A stretch of DNA of 64,000 nucleotides from contig JAFYRT010000075.1 of the NCBI GenBank assembly GCA_017546805.1, forward strand, positions 20,104 to 84,103. The letters are read 5' to 3'. Positions 60,286 to 64,000 of this stretch are shown here, one piece after another. Position 1 is the first letter of the stretch. Every line of letters begins with the position of its first letter. Made by a program: the position numbers and the translations under genes. The notes beneath the pieces were generated by a model, which saw nothing but the letters and a program-made list of their open reading frames with translations, made no database searches and was not told the origin of the DNA. The stretch comes from Muribaculaceae bacterium. Lineage in GTDB: Bacteria > Bacteroidota > Bacteroidia > Bacteroidales > G3-4614.

Positions 60286-61041
60286 ATGTTAGCAAAGAGA
60301 ATTATTCCATGTTTGGATGTTAAAGACGGAATGGTTGTTAAAGGTGTAAATTTCGTCAACTTTAGAAATGCAGGTGATCCTGTTGAACTTGGCAAACAAT
60401 ACAGCGAACAAGGTGCTGACGAGTTGGTATTTTTGGATATTACAGCCTCTTACGAGGGTCGTAAAACATTTACCGACGTTGTTAAGCGTGTTGCTGAAAA
60501 CATAAATATTCCATTCACTGTTGGTGGAGGTATTACAGAATTAGCTGATGTTGAGCGTTTGTTAAACGCCGGTGCAGATAAAGTATCTCTTAACTCATTG
60601 GCTCTAAAAAATCCTCAAATCATTGATGATATTGCCAAAAATTTTGGTGCACAAGTTTGTGTTGTTGCTATTGATGCCAACTTTGAAAACAATATGTGGC
60701 GTTGTTATGTAAACGGTGGACACGTTCCAACAGATAAAGACCTTTTCTCTTGGGCTAAAGAGGCTGAAAGCAGAGGTGCTGGCGAGATTTTGTTTACAAG
60801 TATGAGCCACGACGGCATGAAGATTGGTTTCCCCAACGATGCACTTCGCACTTTGAGCGAAACTTTGAACATTCCTGTTATTGCTTCAGGTGGTGCAGGT
60901 AAAATGGAAGACTTTAAAGATGCTTTTGAATTGGGTAAAGTTGATGCGGCTCTTGCTGCAAGCGTTTTCCACTTTGGAGAGATTAAAATTCCCGAACTAA
61001 AAGCTTATCTTGCCGAAAATAACATTTGTGTCAGACTATAA
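60286..61041 (+). CDS. hisF: imidazole glycerol phosphate synthase cyclase subunit
   Basis: 251-aa ORF with [23 protein letters not shown] and SGGAG motifs. Confidence 0.95.
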   Translation: MLAKRIIPCLDVKDGMVVKGVNFVNFRNAGDPVELGKQYSEQGADELVFLDITASYEGRKTFTDVVKRVAENINIPFTVGGGITELADVERLLNAGADKVSLNSLALKNPQIIDDIAKNFGAQVCVVAIDANFENNMWRCYVNGGHVPTDKDLFSWAKEAESRGAGEILFTSMSHDGMKIGFPNDALRTLSETLNIPVIASGGAGKMEDFKDAFELGKVDAALAASVFHFGEIKIPELKAYLAENNICVRL

Positions 61042-61056
61042 GAAATACAATATAAG

Positions 61057-61653
61057 ATGAAACTCGATTTTGAAAAAATGGGAGGATTGATTCCCGCTAT
61101 CATACAAGACAGCTGCACAGGTAAAGTGTTGATGTTGGGCTTTATGAACGAAGAGGCTTTGGCCAAAACTGAAGAGACAGGCAAAGTTACTTTCTATAGC
61201 CGCACTAAAAACAGATTGTGGACAAAAGGTGAAACAAGCGGAAACTTCTTGAATGTTGTTTCTATTGCTGTTGATTGCGACAATGATACGCTTCTTATAA
61301 AAGTTAAACCTGTTGGTCCTGTATGTCACACAGGTAGCGATACTTGCTTTGGCGAGGTTAACGATACTGATTTGTTCTTCTTGTCATACTTGCAAGATTT
61401 CATCGATAAGAGAAAAGCTGAAATGCCAGAGGGTTCATACACTACATCTCTTTTCAAAAAAGGTGTAAACCGTATGGCTCAAAAAGTAGGCGAGGAGGCT
61501 GTTGAAACTGTTATTGAGGCTACAAATGGTACTGACGAAGGCTTTTTATATGAGGCTTCTGATTTGATTTATCACTTAATTGTTTTGCTAACTTCAAAAG
61601 GACACAGAATTGAGGAGTTGGCTCAAGAACTTAAGAAACGCCATAAAGAGTAA
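61057..61653 (+). CDS. hisIE: bifunctional phosphoribosyl-AMP cyclohydrolase / phosphoribosyl-ATP pyrophosphatase
   Basis: 198-aa ORF with the HisI part (YSRTKNRLWTKGETSGN, DCDNDTLL) followed by the HisE part (VGEEAVE...EASDLIYHL). Confidence 0.9.
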   Translation: MKLDFEKMGGLIPAIIQDSCTGKVLMLGFMNEEALAKTEETGKVTFYSRTKNRLWTKGETSGNFLNVVSIAVDCDNDTLLIKVKPVGPVCHTGSDTCFGEVNDTDLFFLSYLQDFIDKRKAEMPEGSYTTSLFKKGVNRMAQKVGEEAVETVIEATNGTDEGFLYEASDLIYHLIVLLTSKGHRIEELAQELKKRHKE

Positions 61654-61665
61654 TTTTTATAGGTT

Positions 61666-62364
61666 ATGTCGGGAGAGTTATTAATTGAATACAGAAATGT
61701 AGATATTGACCGCAAGGACTTAAACGTACTTCAGAATGTTGATTTTGAATTGCGCAAAGGTGAATTTGTATATTTCATCGGTAAAGTTGGTAGCGGTAAA
61801 AGTAGTCTTCTAAAAACATTTTACGCTGATGTTCCTGTTGCAGGAGGTGATGCAAAAGTGTTTGATTACGATATGACATCTATCCGCAAACGCGACATTC
61901 CTTATTTACGTCGTAAAATTGGTATTGTATTTCAAGATTTTCAACTCTTAACCGACCGTTCGGTTCAAAGCAACCTGGAGTTTGTTTTAAAGGCAACAGG
62001 CTGGAAAGACAAAAATGAAATTGCTACAAGGGTGGAGGAGGTGCTGACTATGGTTGGCATGCAAAACAAAAACTACAAAATGCCTCACGAACTTTCGGGT
62101 GGTGAACAACAACGTGTAGTTATAGCTCGAGCAATGCTAAACTCTCCGCAAATTATTCTTGCCGATGAGCCAACAGGTAACTTAGACCCCGAAACAGGAA
62201 ACTTAATTACTCAACTGCTACACGATATATGCACAAACGGAACTGCGGTTATTATGACAACTCACAACCACAGTCTGCTGAAATCATATCCTGGTAGAGT
62301 AATAGAGTTCTGCAACAAACATATAAGCGATATTAATACTGAAAACGAAAACGAAATAATATAA
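61666..62364 (+). CDS. ftsE: cell division ATP-binding protein FtsE-like ABC ATPase
   Basis: 232-aa ORF with Walker [10 protein letters not shown], signature LSGGEQQR and Walker [12 protein letters not shown]. Confidence 0.8.
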   Translation: MSGELLIEYRNVDIDRKDLNVLQNVDFELRKGEFVYFIGKVGSGKSSLLKTFYADVPVAGGDAKVFDYDMTSIRKRDIPYLRRKIGIVFQDFQLLTDRSVQSNLEFVLKATGWKDKNEIATRVEEVLTMVGMQNKNYKMPHELSGGEQQRVVIARAMLNSPQIILADEPTGNLDPETGNLITQLLHDICTNGTAVIMTTHNHSLLKSYPGRVIEFCNKHISDINTENENEII

Positions 62365-62369
62365 TAAAA

Positions 62370-63680
62370 ATGAAGGTCCTTAAATTTGGTGGAACATCAG
62401 TTGGTTCTGCACAACGAATGAAAGATGTCGCTAAAATTATCTGCGACGGAGAACAAAAGATTGTTGTACTTTCTGCAATGTCGGGTACTACCAATACTTT
62501 GGTTGAGATATCGGACTATCTTTACAAAAAGAATCCCGAAGGTGCTAACGAAATAATCAACTCTCTTCAAAAGAAATATGATGCCGTAATTAACGAACTC
62601 TTCTCAACCGATGAGAGCAAAATTGCAGCAAGAGAGAGATTAAATCTTAACTTCGAGTTGATTCGTTCATTCACAAAATCTTTATTCACTCTTTTCGAAG
62701 AGAAGGTTGTTTTGGCACAAGGTGAGTTGATGTCAACTGCATTGGTTAATATGTATTTGAATGAGATTGGTGTTAAATCTGTTCTTATTCCTGCATTAGA
62801 CTATATGCGCATCGACAAAAACGATGAGCCTGATACTCTTTACATTAAAGAACATCTTCCAAAACTTCTTGAGAGCGAGAAAGATGCAGAAATATATATC
62901 ACTCAAGGATATATCTGTCGCAACCCTTATGGCGAGATTGATAACCTAAAACGTGGTGGTAGCGACTACTCAGCTTCGTTGATTGGTGGTGCTATTCAAG
63001 CAGATGAGATTCAAATTTGGACGGATATTGACGGTATGCACAACAACGATCCTCGCATTGTTGAGGGTACTAAACCTGTGCGTGAGTTGTTCTTTGAAGA
63101 GGCTGCAGAGTTGGCATACTTTGGTGCTAAAATTCTTCACCCAACATGTATTCTTCCTGCAAAAATAAACAACATTCCTGTTCGTTTGTTGAATACAATG
63201 CAACCAGATGCTCCGGGAACTACCATTTACAATAACTCTGAGAGCGGAACTATAAAAGCAGTAGCAGCTAAAGATGGTATTACTGCCATTAAAATTAAAT
63301 CAGGTCGTATGTTGTTGGCTTACGGATTCTTGCGTAAAGTATTCGAAATATTCGAAAGCTATCGCACACCTATCGATATGATTACTACTTCAGAGGTGGG
63401 TGTTTCTGTTACTATCGACAATACTAAATATCTTCAAGAGATTCTTGATGACCTTAAAAAATTCGGTACCGTTACTGTTGACGAAGACATGGTGATTGTT
63501 TGCGTTGTTGGTGACTTGGAGTGGAATAATGTAGGTTTTGAGTCGAAAGTAATGGATGCCATGAAAGAAATTCCTGTTCGCATGGTATCTTACGGAGGAA
63601 GCAACTACAACATCTCTATGTTGATTAAAGCCGAGGACAAAAAACGTGCATTGGTTTCGTTAAGCAAAGAGCTATTTTAA
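62370..63680 (+). CDS. lysC: aspartate kinase
   Basis: 436-aa ORF with N-terminal KFGGTSVG, a kinase core (GGSDYSAS, IWTDIDGM) and C-terminal ACT domains. Confidence 0.9.
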   Translation: MKVLKFGGTSVGSAQRMKDVAKIICDGEQKIVVLSAMSGTTNTLVEISDYLYKKNPEGANEIINSLQKKYDAVINELFSTDESKIAARERLNLNFELIRSFTKSLFTLFEEKVVLAQGELMSTALVNMYLNEIGVKSVLIPALDYMRIDKNDEPDTLYIKEHLPKLLESEKDAEIYITQGYICRNPYGEIDNLKRGGSDYSASLIGGAIQADEIQIWTDIDGMHNNDPRIVEGTKPVRELFFEEAAELAYFGAKILHPTCILPAKINNIPVRLLNTMQPDAPGTTIYNNSESGTIKAVAAKDGITAIKIKSGRMLLAYGFLRKVFEIFESYRTPIDMITTSEVGVSVTIDNTKYLQEILDDLKKFGTVTVDEDMVIVCVVGDLEWNNVGFESKVMDAMKEIPVRMVSYGGSNYNISMLIKAEDKKRALVSLSKELF

Positions 63681-63689
63681 ACATCTTAT

Positions 63690-64000
63690 ATGAGAGACAT
63701 AACAACCAATTTTCCTGTTGAAAAGTTTAAGGATATTCAAACTCCCTTTTACTACTACAACACCGATTTACTAAAAGCAACATTGGCTACAATTAATGCT
63801 GAAACAAGTAAATATGATAATTATCATGTTCACTATGCAGTTAAAGCCAATGCAAACCCTACAATCTTAAGCATAATAAAAGATGCAGGGCTTGGTGCCG
63901 ATTGCGTTAGTGGCGGTGAGGTAGAAGCTGCTCTTAAAGCAGGATTTGCTCCTGAAAAGATTGTATTTGCAGGTGTGGGTAAAAGCGATTGGGAGATTAC
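63690..64000 (+). CDS. lysA: diaminopimelate decarboxylase (5' part, runs off the window)
   Basis: Not in the ORF track because it is open-ended. My translation from the ATG at 63690 is MRDITTNFPVEKFKDIQTPFYYYN...HYAVKANANP...DCVSGGE. It carries the PLP-Lys motif (AVKAN) of group IV decarboxylases, directly downstream of lysC. Confidence 0.8.
   Translation, partial: MRDITTNFPVEKFKDIQTPFYYYNTDLLKATLATINAETSKYDNYHVHYAVKANANPTILSIIKDAGLGADCVSGGEVEAALKAGFAPEKIVFAGVGKSDWEI

Overview
This window looks like a low-GC Bacteroidota (Bacteroidales-like) chromosome. Supporting signs are a short 286-aa primary sigma factor, TAnnTTTG -7 promoter boxes, almost no Shine-Dalgarno sequences, a CarboxypepD_reg-type TonB receptor and DUF4293/DUF2520 genes. 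Most of it is housekeeping: purA-fur, DPP-III, rlmI-like, rseP, dxr, comEC, rpe and an ECF sigma. Next come a leuA-leuC-leuD-(IPMS paralog)-leuB operon with a candidate Leu leader-peptide attenuator, then rpoD, htrA, uvrA, maf, kdsC, a TonB receptor, ligA, dapA, a GH2 glycosidase, aguB-like and fprA. The window ends with purU-hisH-hisA-hisF-hisIE, ftsE, lysC and a partial lysA. The stand-out region is a 12.7-kb accessory island between fprA (ends 45375) and purU (starts 58067). It has three parts: (i) an overlapping small-protein/zeta-toxin-like ATPase pair. (ii) An ORF-free segment of about 350 nt at about 45% GC, with a promoter-like box, a canonical G-quadruplex motif, several candidate helices and an intrinsic terminator. 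(iii) A tightly packed, partly overlapping six-gene operon: SNF2 helicase, DUF4391, DUF4365 (PD-(D/E)xK-like), type III Mod methyltransferase, SIR2-like protein and type III Res. The SIR2-like and DUF4365 genes are AT-rich inserts in a GC-richer Mod/Res/DUF4391 backbone, and the Mod central (target-recognition) region also looks swapped. I know of no named defence system with this six-gene composition, so it is my best candidate for an undescribed system. I saw no rRNA, tRNA, CRISPR array, transposase or integrase. All calls rest on reading the supplied ORF translations and the nucleotide sequence by eye; no database search or folding program was run, and the GC values are my hand counts.
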